From the NCBI GenBank assembly GCA_022865305.1, contig JALHSP010000074.1, positions 18,413 through 82,412 on the forward strand: 64,000 nucleotides of DNA, written 5' to 3'. This document shows, one piece after another, positions 38,782-48,616 of the stretch. Source of the stretch: Bacteroidales bacterium. GTDB lineage: Bacteria; Bacteroidota; Bacteroidia; Bacteroidales; VadinHA17. Both the position numbers and the translations under genes were made by a program. How positions within the stretch are numbered: position 1 is the first letter of the stretch; each line of letters opens with the position of its first letter. The notes beneath the pieces were generated by a model that saw only the letters and a program-made list of their open reading frames with translations, was not told the origin of the DNA and searched no databases.

Positions 38782-40940
38782 ACCTGCTTCAACCCGTGAA
38801 TCTGATCGAGAACAGAAAGTGTAAGTCTCGTCATTTCAATATCAGTTTCAAATGGAAGTATAAGGGACTCTTCATTCTTAAGTTTCTTTGATAGTTCATT
38901 AATTAATACTTTATGACCTTTGTCAGCCTGTTTTAGCTTCATCCCCGTCTCATCACAATTAAAGGTTTGAAGCTCAATGAAATCATTGATTACCAGGGAA
39001 CTGCCGTTTGTAAATATTTCAATCCTCTCTTTCTCCATATCTTTTCCACCTATGGAAGTATAGGTCAGAACGCCTATTGATCCATTCTCAAACGCCATTG
39101 TTACTATTACATTATCCTCTGATTGTATGATTTTTCCATCAGTTGGTATATGGGCCGCATATATCTCCCTTACCTTGCCTGATGCCAGGTAAGCAATCAA
39201 ATCTATAAAATGACACACTTCACCTACTATTCTTCCGCCGCCTTCCTCCAGATCCTGTACCCAGATATCAGGAGGGAAATAACCTGCATTTACACGATAG
39301 TTTATAACAACAGGCGTTCCGCTATTCTTAATTACGTGTTTTACCTTCTGGATTAACGGTGAATACCTCCGGTTGAAGCCAACTGTTGCAACCACATGCG
39401 GATTTTCCCGTATTGCTCCTTCAATCATTGACAATTCATCATGGTTCATCGCCAGTGGTTTTTCAACAAGCACATTCTTCCCTGATCTGATTGAATCAGT
39501 AACCAAAACAGCATGAAGATTATGCCGTGTGCCAATAACAATCAGGTCAATGTCAGGATCACTTATTAACTGCCTATAGTCTGTTGAAACATAATTTACT
39601 TTATATTTCTCACTGACTGTTTTTGCAGAGGCAGGGGTTCTCTCGGCAATACCTATTAATTCATATTCTTCCGGCATATTCAATATATTCGACAGATGAT
39701 TTCTTTGAATAAAGCTGCCGACCCCTATAATACCAACTCCTATTTTCCCAGAAGTAATTTTCCGAGGATGTACTTCCATACGGCTTACCGGAACAACCTT
39801 CTCCTCGTGCAAATAATTAAATAAGCACGAAATATTTCCTCCAGGATTTTCAACCAGCGTATTATATGCTTCGGCTGCCTGATCAATATTAAATCTATTT
39901 GATATAAGAGGATCTACCTTCACCTGACCCGTAGCAAGAAGCCTTATAAATTCCATCATATTACGGTTTTCGGTCCAACGGACATAACCGATTGGGTAAT
40001 CTATTCCTTTTAGTTCATATTGATTATCATACCTTCCTGGTCCGTAAGATGTTGACATTACAAAATCAAGTTCCTTCGAATACATTGCCTCGCGCTCAAG
40101 ATTCATTCCAACTGATCCAACAATAACAACCCGTCCTTTTTTCCGGCAGGCTTCCATGGCCTGATTCGCCGGTTCAGAATGTTTTGTTGCAGCATAAATT
40201 ATAACTGCATCAGCACCATAGCCATGAGTTGCATCCTTTATTTTTTGAACAAGGTTCTTGTCATTTGCATCAAAACAATGATCGGCCCCCACTTCTTTCG
40301 CAAGTTCAAGACGCAATGGATTGAGATCTGTGCCAATTACGACCAGACCCCATGTTTTTGCTATCTGAACAGCTATTAGTCCCAGGAGGCCTAATCCGAT
40401 AATTACAATTGTCTCACCAAAAGTTACATTGGCACGCCTTATACCCTGCATCGCTATGGAACCTATAGTCGTAAAACCTGCAGATTCAAAAGAGACTTCA
40501 TCAGGTATTTTAACAGCCAGGTTGACCGGTACAGAAGTAAACTCAGCATGTGCTGCAATACCGGCACCGGCGCACGCAACACGGTCTCCCACATTAAAAT
40601 TTGTCACCAGGTGCCCTTTTGCTATAACAACTCCGGCATTGCTATAACCAACAGGTTTAAATATAACAGCCTGTTCAGCCGGATTTAATTTATTTTTTAT
40701 CGCTTTTATTGCTGAATTGAAACCTTTTTCCTGTATTATCCGGTTTACTTTATCCCACAATAATTTCTTTTCATGCAGTTTTTCGGACAGTGTCACATCC
40801 CCCTTCTTCATGCCCATTGTCTCAGTCCCTGTACTGATAACACTGGTATAGACTGCAACCAGCAACTCATTATCTCCGGGAGTTGGCACAGGTGCATCCA
40901 GCGCATTGAGTCCTTTATTTGTAGCAAAAATTTGTTTCAT
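38769..40940 (-). CDS. bi-domain oxidoreductase: N-terminal MDR/zinc-type alcohol dehydrogenase fused to a Gfo/Idh/MocA NAD(P)-binding oxidoreductase
   Basis: The N-terminal half has GDRVACAG.. and the Rossmann motif IIGLGLLGLIAVQIAK. The C-terminal half has GVGIIGVGSFIQRNHL, LVEKPLA and EVCHFIDL. Confidence 0.85.
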   Translation of the reverse strand: MKQIFATNKGLNALDAPVPTPGDNELLVAVYTSVISTGTETMGMKKGDVTLSEKLHEKKLLWDKVNRIIQEKGFNSAIKAIKNKLNPAEQAVIFKPVGYSNAGVVIAKGHLVTNFNVGDRVACAGAGIAAHAEFTSVPVNLAVKIPDEVSFESAGFTTIGSIAMQGIRRANVTFGETIVIIGLGLLGLIAVQIAKTWGLVVIGTDLNPLRLELAKEVGADHCFDANDKNLVQKIKDATHGYGADAVIIYAATKHSEPANQAMEACRKKGRVVIVGSVGMNLEREAMYSKELDFVMSTSYGPGRYDNQYELKGIDYPIGYVRWTENRNMMEFIRLLATGQVKVDPLISNRFNIDQAAEAYNTLVENPGGNISCLFNYLHEEKVVPVSRMEVHPRKITSGKIGVGIIGVGSFIQRNHLSNILNMPEEYELIGIAERTPASAKTVSEKYKVNYVSTDYRQLISDPDIDLIVIGTRHNLHAVLVTDSIRSGKNVLVEKPLAMNHDELSMIEGAIRENPHVVATVGFNRRYSPLIQKVKHVIKNSGTPVVINYRVNAGYFPPDIWVQDLEEGGGRIVGEVCHFIDLIAYLASGKVREIYAAHIPTDGKIIQSEDNVIVTMAFENGSIGVLTYTSIGGKDMEKERIEIFTNGSSLVINDFIELQTFNCDETGMKLKQADKGHKVLINELSKKLKNEESLILPFETDIEMTRLTLSVLDQIHGLKQVEEG

Positions 40941-42928
40941 AATTTATCGGATTTCATGATCTCAATTATTAATCCAACCGGAACAGTTGCTTTAATCAAA
41001 GCAACCAAGACATAACCATCTTCCTTTAGACCGTATGATTTTGATACGAACGATTTCTCTTTTCTCAGAATAAGTCCGGGATTCTGTTCAAAAACCAGGA
41101 TAATGTTTTTACTATCTTCACAACTTGTTTCCACGATATTGTCCTTAATGTCAAAATCAATACCGGTATCAAAATGAAAGAACCATTCTACTGTATGAAG
41201 CCCAGTCCCACTAATAATATCTTTGATCGTCCACTTTTCATTTATCTTGTCAAAAATGATTGTTCGTTCATGTAGTACCGGTTTTGGTAACCGGGTATAA
41301 CCGTTATGAATTGCAGTAACAATATCATGGTTTGTATCTGACTCCCATTTCAGCACCTCAGGGATAGCATCGCGGCTGAAGTTCCACAACACCTCCTTAA
41401 TTATATTGTTCTGAGATTCACCATCCACTGTGACTGTGTTGTGCATTTTTGTGCTCCGGAATAACACTCGCAGATCAGCGTTTGCTGCATAAACATAACT
41501 CCCCGGGTCAACCAGAAAGGATTTTCCGTGTGTAAAGAGTTCAAATGAAAATAAGTCACTGTGCGTATGAGTACCAGATCCCAGTTCAGGGTATAGCCCT
41601 TTCCCGGTCGAATTGAATAACAGATAATTATCCCTATTTCTTAATATATAAATACCGGAATCCGCGAAAGCTCTGGATTTGAGGTTGACTTCCATTTCTG
41701 ATATTTTGCTCCATTTCTCGAATGCTTCCAAACCTCCAAATATGGAACAATAAACATTAAAACCATCTCCACAAGCTTTAAAATCTGATCTGTTAAAGAG
41801 TAATGCTCCGAGCGACATCAGGTAGCGGAAATCGTTCAAATCTTCGGTCCCGAACGGTAACAAACGACCATTGTCCTGATCACCTATAATTGGTGAAGTT
41901 CCGTCCGTTTTAAGACTGTACATAATAAATTCAAACATCTTTTCCAGCCTGTACCAGATATCTAGAGGAATTTCATGACCATTATTCTTTAGGAGTAGGA
42001 TAGGAATAAGGATAAGTTCAAGTACCAGACGGTTGTAGTTAGTAGATCGTTCGTACGACATCCCGGATGGTAGGATCTGCAATCTGATCTCATGCAACAA
42101 TTCACGTTTTCCTTCTTCCAACCATTTTTGCGGCTCCTCAAGATCGTCGAAAACCAGTCCTAGATGTATCTGTCCTGCAAGGTCAGCGAGATAATGGTTG
42201 TGATTATTGAATTGTCTTTTTTCAGGATTCCTGTATATAAACCAGCCATGCTGATATAGGCTGCTTTTTATCTTCTCCGTTGATTTGTTGTCGAGGATCT
42301 CTGATCCTATTATTAGCCCGACTGCCCAGATCCAGTTAACTGCCCTAATCGCTACATCCATAGTACAACCCCAATTTATACTATACATCAGGGGATTCTC
42401 ATCAATCCAGTTTTGAATCTGATCAACACAAATTCTGGCATACTTTTCATTTTTAGTTAATTTATATGCCAGTCCTAACTTTAGTAAATGATGGCAACGA
42501 CTCAATTCACGTGGTATTTTTACATCTGATAGTGTTTCTATGCTTTCCTGAATATATTTCCTATAAAATGTACCCTGTGCCCATCGAAATCCTGTTTTGA
42601 AATCGGAGTGCCATTCAATATTATTAATTACTAAATCACCCGATCCAAGAATATTATATACTCCATTAGAAATTTTTTCAGCCTCTTTGAGGATGATACT
42701 CTTTTCTACATCATCAATATAAAAATTACCCGGGATCTTTAAAATGAAAGATAATTTATTAATGAACTCCTCGGTACTGACAGCAGTATTGGAATATTTA
42801 TTCAGCTTTCTGACTATCCGTTTTTGAAACAATATGTAATAACACTCTAAAATACGTCTTCGTAGTCCATACTGGAACTTCACAAACATATCAATAGAAC
42901 TAAAATACTTACTAATTTTTTTCGTCAT
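40937..42928 (-). CDS. heparinase II/III-like (alginate-lyase superfamily) protein, no signal peptide
   Basis: Size, an (alpha/alpha)-toroid-like N-terminal half (..NWGCTMDVAIRAVNWIW..) and a C-terminal HTHSDLFSFELF.. pattern typical of Hepar_II_III. The N-terminus MTKKISKYFSSIDMF is not a signal sequence. Confidence 0.75.
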   Translation of the reverse strand: MTKKISKYFSSIDMFVKFQYGLRRRILECYYILFQKRIVRKLNKYSNTAVSTEEFINKLSFILKIPGNFYIDDVEKSIILKEAEKISNGVYNILGSGDLVINNIEWHSDFKTGFRWAQGTFYRKYIQESIETLSDVKIPRELSRCHHLLKLGLAYKLTKNEKYARICVDQIQNWIDENPLMYSINWGCTMDVAIRAVNWIWAVGLIIGSEILDNKSTEKIKSSLYQHGWFIYRNPEKRQFNNHNHYLADLAGQIHLGLVFDDLEEPQKWLEEGKRELLHEIRLQILPSGMSYERSTNYNRLVLELILIPILLLKNNGHEIPLDIWYRLEKMFEFIMYSLKTDGTSPIIGDQDNGRLLPFGTEDLNDFRYLMSLGALLFNRSDFKACGDGFNVYCSIFGGLEAFEKWSKISEMEVNLKSRAFADSGIYILRNRDNYLLFNSTGKGLYPELGSGTHTHSDLFSFELFTHGKSFLVDPGSYVYAANADLRVLFRSTKMHNTVTVDGESQNNIIKEVLWNFSRDAIPEVLKWESDTNHDIVTAIHNGYTRLPKPVLHERTIIFDKINEKWTIKDIISGTGLHTVEWFFHFDTGIDFDIKDNIVETSCEDSKNIILVFEQNPGLILRKEKSFVSKSYGLKEDGYVLVALIKATVPVGLIIEIMKSDKL

Positions 42929-43104
42929 ACAAGCTCAATACTACCGATTAAAACAGTCTCTTGTGATGATTATCACATACTTCTCATACCAATATATGAT
43001 GAATTGTATTCAATTTTTATGAATTAATTGTATAAGAAAAAAAACAGATTATTATATTGCAGTGAGCCTAATTGATGGTTAACTTAAGGTAAATCTAACT
43101 AAAA

Positions 43105-44469
43105 TTAATCAACACTTCTTTTCATTCTTTGGATAAACTCTATATTCTTGCCGCTTTTCGACCTTATGAAATCATCTGTATATTCAAAATTGAGAACCAA
43201 CTGGTTATTAACGATGGAACATATTTTTGCCCTGATCTCTGCTTCGTCATCTATAGTAAAATCCTTGGTTGTACTTAATTTGACCAGTAAATCTCCACTC
43301 ACATTTTGAATCATTTGCATCACCTTAATTCGCTTATAAGCATTATTTTTTTTAATATAAAATCCTAGTGTTCTAAAGGGTAGTTCACTGCCATCAGCCA
43401 AGATTAAGAATAATTGCTCACGACCTTCTACCTGGTCAAAAATAAGATGCTGACGTCCACAAAGATTGCATTGTGGTCCTCCATATGTTGCCAGATCTCC
43501 GCTTCTGTATCTGATAAAAGGGGTTTGTAAAGAATTAAAAGTAGTTCCTATTATAGAACCAACACAGCCTTTCTCATCAACCGGCAAACCCTTTTCATCA
43601 AGTAATTCAACATAACTATACTGCGGCCAGACATGTAAGGAAATACTATGTTCACATTCACCGGCTAATGTAGTACTCTCTGCCAATCCCAGCCAGCTAT
43701 AAACACGTGTATTGTATGTTTTTTCAAATAATTCCCTCTGGTAATCATAAACCGGCTCTGATCCGCTAAGAATGGCCTTTGGTACAAAATTTAAGGAAAG
43801 TTTAGATTCAAGAAGCAGTTGTGTAAAAATATAAAGGCTTGAAGGATATACATGAAAGAATGCAGGCTTTAGCCAATTAAGGAAATCTACATACTCTTTT
43901 ATATAAGTTCGCGATAAATGATAGGAGGAGACCAGCCAATCATTCGTAAACCTATATCTCTGGAAAAGCTTATGGTTTTTAACTGGCTCGCCCCTTAAAA
44001 TTATCCTTGTATCGTTTTCATTATATCCTACCCTTTTCCATTGTTGATAAATAAATGCACGTTCAATTGCGTCGCTATCCGGCATTTTATAAATTAATAA
44101 TGGTTCACCAGTTGTACCACTGGTTTTAGCAACTCTAAGCTTCGACATATTTATCTTCTGATATGCGGTAAGGTCAGTGGTTCTGTTACGGACAATCTCT
44201 TTTGTCAAGTATGGAATTTTACTGAAATCACTCCATGTTTTAATATCATTTGGAGTTGCTCCCATCTTCAGGAACATCTCTTTATAATAGGGAATATTTT
44301 TATAGGAGTAGTCGAGTAACAACTTTACTTTAGTCCATTGATGATTATCGTTTTCTTCTTTGCTCCACCATTGCGACTTTTCAATAAAATTATACCATCG
44401 CAGATAAGTTAGCCGGTTTTGTATATTTCTAAATTTCAGATAACGAAGAATAAAGAAGTGCCGATCCAT
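43105..44469 (-). CDS. phenylacetate-CoA-ligase-like adenylating enzyme (CapK family)
   Basis: AKTSGTTGEPLLIY, YRSGDLA.. Size is ~450 aa, typical of capsule-locus CapK/F390-synthetase-like proteins. Confidence 0.8.
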   Translation of the reverse strand: MDRHFFILRYLKFRNIQNRLTYLRWYNFIEKSQWWSKEENDNHQWTKVKLLLDYSYKNIPYYKEMFLKMGATPNDIKTWSDFSKIPYLTKEIVRNRTTDLTAYQKINMSKLRVAKTSGTTGEPLLIYKMPDSDAIERAFIYQQWKRVGYNENDTRIILRGEPVKNHKLFQRYRFTNDWLVSSYHLSRTYIKEYVDFLNWLKPAFFHVYPSSLYIFTQLLLESKLSLNFVPKAILSGSEPVYDYQRELFEKTYNTRVYSWLGLAESTTLAGECEHSISLHVWPQYSYVELLDEKGLPVDEKGCVGSIIGTTFNSLQTPFIRYRSGDLATYGGPQCNLCGRQHLIFDQVEGREQLFLILADGSELPFRTLGFYIKKNNAYKRIKVMQMIQNVSGDLLVKLSTTKDFTIDDEAEIRAKICSIVNNQLVLNFEYTDDFIRSKSGKNIEFIQRMKRSVD

Positions 44470-44696
44470 AGATTCAGATATTATAAGATTTATATTACGT
44501 ATTAGATGTTAACTTTAATATTAGTGTAAAAAAATTAAAATGATCATTCACTATCTACAAATGATCAGGTCAGTATCTTGGTCTAATCCCAACTTATTAT
44601 CATTAATTATTTGATATATCTACTGTGACTCGCCATTCAACATCAGCCCTTACCTGGTTCGTCACACTCAGATCGTGGCAAACAACCTCAATTCCT

Positions 44697-45941
44697 TTAA
44701 AAACTGCCGCCCCGGAAATTTATTTTCCGATAAATTTCTTCATTGCTGGCATTCCTCAACTCCTGAGTATAACAAACGCTTATAGATATCCACATGAATA
44801 CATATTTTGTAGAAAATTCAGGCCAATTCCAGGCATACATAGAAATAACATAAATAAGTAACAGAAGAGCAAGGGCTTTAACCAGATCATTATTACTCTT
44901 GTAAAAACCAAGATAACTTGCTCTCAGGAGCAGAATTAAGAAAGGGATCAGATAAAGTAATCCACCTTTATACAATAAGACAAGAAAGCCGCTTTCAACA
45001 AAATCTGCAAGTCTATCTGAATATGCTTCCCGTGAAATGGCTGCTCCTAACCCGCGTCCGAAAATCCAGTCAGAAGTTGTGTGAAAATCAAGAAAAAAGG
45101 CTTCATAAACAGATCCTCTTGATTGGTCAATGGCTTCTTTGTTAAATCCTCTTTGAAAAACATAGGTTGACTCGGCAATATTTCCAAATGACAGAATAAC
45201 TATTATTAAAAGGAAACCGGCAAAGTATATCTTAATGCGGTCATTAAAAGTTAAAAAATATGTTTTTAGCCTCAAAATAATCATGGCAAACATTACTAAT
45301 ATTGAATCTATTAACATTGCCCTTCGACCCCATTGAACAAAAAGGAAGATCATCAATAAGGTATATAATAATACAATATTGAAAATGTATTTCTTTTTTG
45401 AATAATGAGCAATTAGCAGCAGGAAACTACTCCCGATATCAAATATAAATGCTCGACGCTGCTGTTCCCAATCTCCTACTGCAATTCCAAATAAAATAAT
45501 AGATAATTGAATTAAAATAGCAGGAATAATCAGGATAAGAGCTATGTGGAAAAGATGGCTGAAGAAATTTAGATCAAATTTTGCATATAACAGGATTAGT
45601 GGTAAAACATATGGAAGGAAAAAAAATTGTTGCCCTAAAATCCTTTGCGGGAATGAGAGACCGGGCCACAATTCACTATGAGGATTCAGGCTTACCAAAA
45701 ATAGTAAGACAATTGACCATCCAATAAAAACTATAAGAACCGGATAAAATAATGCTCCGGGAGTTGGCTTTGAGGGATTTGTAAGTCTGTAAAATATAAT
45801 AAAACTTATGGCTATGAATGATAATATATATTTTGTAACTGTTGGAATACCATATTTTTGTAACATTTCACAATAAATAATCCATAAAAAAAGATTCATT
45901 AAAAAGAAAGCTAGAATAAGTATTTTATAACTTTTTTGCAT
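44697..45941 (-). CDS. wzy: O-antigen/capsule polymerase-like polytopic membrane protein (Wzy/O-antigen ligase family)
   Basis: About 10-12 TM helices with a large loop (..QRGFNKEAIDQSRGSVYEAFF..GRGLGAA). The track start is TTG; ATG at 45941 is preferred. Confidence 0.6.
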   Translation of the reverse strand: MQKSYKILILAFFLMNLFLWIIYCEMLQKYGIPTVTKYILSFIAISFIIFYRLTNPSKPTPGALFYPVLIVFIGWSIVLLFLVSLNPHSELWPGLSFPQRILGQQFFFLPYVLPLILLYAKFDLNFFSHLFHIALILIIPAILIQLSIILFGIAVGDWEQQRRAFIFDIGSSFLLLIAHYSKKKYIFNIVLLYTLLMIFLFVQWGRRAMLIDSILVMFAMIILRLKTYFLTFNDRIKIYFAGFLLIIVILSFGNIAESTYVFQRGFNKEAIDQSRGSVYEAFFLDFHTTSDWIFGRGLGAAISREAYSDRLADFVESGFLVLLYKGGLLYLIPFLILLLRASYLGFYKSNNDLVKALALLLLIYVISMYAWNWPEFSTKYVFMWISISVCYTQELRNASNEEIYRKINFRGGSF

Positions 45942-46204
45942 ACTCTTACACCTGTCAATCAATACCAAAATACTAATATTTCACATGCCCTAAATACTAC
46001 CTAACTACTTACTTCTTAATTACTACTTCTCTACTCTCCCTCTTTAAAAGCGCCCCTCAAATCCTGATCCTCCCATAGATTCGTGACTTCAAAACACAAA
46101 TGAAACATTTCACAGAAATATCCGTTAAAATTCATGTATTCATCAACAATATTTGTCTGTTCATCAAAAGTATTACGATATTGGTCCAAAACAAAGAATG
46201 CACA

Positions 46205-48526
46205 ATGAAAAGGTTATTAATTGTATTATTCCTTATAATAAGCTCACTGGTGTCAGCCAGAACATATTACGTTTCGCCCAACGGCACGGATGGTCCTTAT
46301 CCTACCCGAGGAACATTTGAGAATCCGTGGAAGTCATGGCATTATGCTTTTAATAATACAACAAGAGGAGATACTTGTTATTTCAGGGGAGGTGTTTATC
46401 CGGCATATTCAACTTCAATAGGAGCAAAAATAAATACGACAGCCGTAGATGGTTATATTGATAATCCAACTTGTTTTTTTGCATATCCCGATGATTTTGC
46501 TGCTGGAAATTATCCGGTATTGGATTGTTATATAAGGAACACTACAAATTGGTTCAATATTGGCGTGGAACTTTCGCGATGTAGTCATATCTATTTTAAA
46601 GGATTAACCGTCAAGAATTGCAGACAGTTTATGCCGACAAATGGAAATTCAGGAGTGGGATGGTATGTATGGAGTGAAAGTTACTCAGACAGATATATCA
46701 CAAGAGATATAAGGTTTGAGAATTGTGTGGCCCATCATACCAGTGGCCCCGGTTTTAAGGTTCAATTATCTGATTCAGTGTATTTCATTAACTGTGATGC
46801 TTTTAATTGTTGTGATTCATTAACCGCTTATGATGAAGGAGGCAACGGAGGCGGTTATGTAGTTGGTGGTAATAGAGATAATTTCGATAATGCCAATTAT
46901 TCTTACGCATATTTATATGGTTGCAGGGCTTGGAATTGTTCGGATCAGGGTTTTGCTTTTAACTCTGCCGGACAGATTGTTTGTGAATATAGTTGGTCAA
47001 TTAATAATGGTAATGTGCCTTTTGCAACAAATACAGTTAGGAAAGGTTCAGGATGGAAATTGTGGTATAGTGAAGCTGCTAAAAAGAATACAATAGGCGT
47101 TGTTCAAATTATAATGCGTAATTGTATTGGTGCTTATAATGCGATGTATGGTATAAACTGGACGGATGGCGGTTCTGGTGAACATAATACTTATGCAGAA
47201 ACAAGGGCACACGTATATAATAATTTCTATTATCATAATGCTTACTATGTTTACAATTTCACCCCCGGAGGGGCTGGTCATCAAAATATTTACGATGGTC
47301 ATACATTAGATACGGTAGGACTTTATGATCATGTTTATTATAATAATCTGTCTTATGTCAGCGGTGATGAAAGAGATCTTTTAGAAGGTATTGGTCCTGC
47401 CAGTTCAAATAATCTTTTTAATGTAACGGGAACACCTGTCAATGATCTTTATTTTTTAAGCCTTGACACAACAGGAATGCTTGGTGTTGGTACAAGACAG
47501 AAGGATGGATCATTACCGGAAACTAATTTTGGCAAACCTGCTCCGGGCAGTCCATTGATCGATGCAGGAATAGATGTTTTTGGAATAGGTTATAATGGAG
47601 AAGCTCCTGATATTGGATGGTTTGAATCATCTTCAGGATCTGCTACTCCTGCTACTCCGGTTTATGTCAGCTCCATCATTCAAAATGCCACTCCTTCAAG
47701 ACTGGAAATGACTTATAATCTTACCCTGGCTAACATCGTCCCGGCTGCTTCCTCCTTTACTGTAATGGTTAATTCTTCTGCCAGATCTATAACCTCTGTC
47801 GCTATTTCAGGCAACAAAGTCCTGTTGACCCTTTCAAACCCTGTGGTTTATGGTGATGTTGTAACTGTTGCATATACCAAACCTGCAAGTAATACATTGC
47901 AGACTACCGCCGGTGGTCAGGCTGCAACTCTCAGCGCCCGGCAGGTAACTAACAATTGCACAGCTTCAGGGAACCAATCGCCTGTCGTCAATATCTCTTC
48001 ACCTACAAAGGGCACATCATTCTTTGCACCTGCTACTATTAATATTACCACTGTCGTTTCTGACCCTGACGGTACCATTAGCAAGGTTGAATTCTATAAT
48101 GGAAATATTAAGCTCTTTGAATTGACATCAACTCCTTATTCATATACCTGGAAAGATGTAGGTCCGGGTACTTATTCGCTAACAGCTGTTGCCACGGATA
48201 ATTTAAATGCAACTACTACTTCATCTGCTGTGGAAGTGGTAGTAGTGCTGGCTACTCCTGTTTATGATCCTGACTCGGAAATTCTTAATCTTTACCCAAA
48301 TCCAAATGATGGCCATTTTAAAATCGATCTCATTTCAAGGCTCCCTGGAAATCGTAATAGAGTGATTATTTTCAGCCTGGCAGGTAAAACTGTTTATGAT
48401 GGAACATTAGATGAGGGTGTGTATACCAAAGAAATTGATTTGTCAGGTTCAGCACCGGGCACCTATATTTTTATGATAACTAATGATCAGAATATAGTCA
48501 CGGCAAAAAAATTTATCAAGAATTAG
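46205..48526 (+). CDS. secreted right-handed parallel beta-helix protein with Ig-like domains and a T9SS C-terminal sorting domain
   Basis: ATG at 46205 gives the signal MKRLLIVLFLIISSLVSA. Beta-helix repeats are present (NCVAHHTSGPGFKV, NCDAFNCCD, GCRAWNCSDQGFAF). Two Ig-like modules follow. The tail LNLYPNPNDGHFKIDL..GTYIFMITNDQNIVTAKKFIKN is a T9SS CTD. Confidence 0.85.
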   Translation: MKRLLIVLFLIISSLVSARTYYVSPNGTDGPYPTRGTFENPWKSWHYAFNNTTRGDTCYFRGGVYPAYSTSIGAKINTTAVDGYIDNPTCFFAYPDDFAAGNYPVLDCYIRNTTNWFNIGVELSRCSHIYFKGLTVKNCRQFMPTNGNSGVGWYVWSESYSDRYITRDIRFENCVAHHTSGPGFKVQLSDSVYFINCDAFNCCDSLTAYDEGGNGGGYVVGGNRDNFDNANYSYAYLYGCRAWNCSDQGFAFNSAGQIVCEYSWSINNGNVPFATNTVRKGSGWKLWYSEAAKKNTIGVVQIIMRNCIGAYNAMYGINWTDGGSGEHNTYAETRAHVYNNFYYHNAYYVYNFTPGGAGHQNIYDGHTLDTVGLYDHVYYNNLSYVSGDERDLLEGIGPASSNNLFNVTGTPVNDLYFLSLDTTGMLGVGTRQKDGSLPETNFGKPAPGSPLIDAGIDVFGIGYNGEAPDIGWFESSSGSATPATPVYVSSIIQNATPSRLEMTYNLTLANIVPAASSFTVMVNSSARSITSVAISGNKVLLTLSNPVVYGDVVTVAYTKPASNTLQTTAGGQAATLSARQVTNNCTASGNQSPVVNISSPTKGTSFFAPATINITTVVSDPDGTISKVEFYNGNIKLFELTSTPYSYTWKDVGPGTYSLTAVATDNLNATTTSSAVEVVVVLATPVYDPDSEILNLYPNPNDGHFKIDLISRLPGNRNRVIIFSLAGKTVYDGTLDEGVYTKEIDLSGSAPGTYIFMITNDQNIVTAKKFIKN

Positions 48527-48560
48527 CTTAATGGTACTATTGCTGAGTTCCGGGCTCCGG

Positions 48561-48610
48561 CTTCACGTTAAAATAAATCTTACCAATAAAGTTAAGTGTT
48601 TAACGTGAAG
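48561..48610. terminator. bidirectional terminator hairpin between convergent genes
   Basis: cttcacgttaaa (48561-48572) pairs perfectly with tttaacgtgaag (48599-48610). Loop is 26 nt. Lies between the stops of 46205-48526 (+) and 48617-50998 (-). Confidence 0.5.
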
Positions 48611-48616
48611 TTCCTT

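Noticed and set aside
45985-46075. Pyrimidine-rich tract with loose tact/ctac periodicity upstream of wzy and the beta-helix gene, considered as another zipper arm
   Set aside because: Period 7 is not consistent, and no complementary purine-rich arm was found nearby. It is probably just a divergent promoter spacer.
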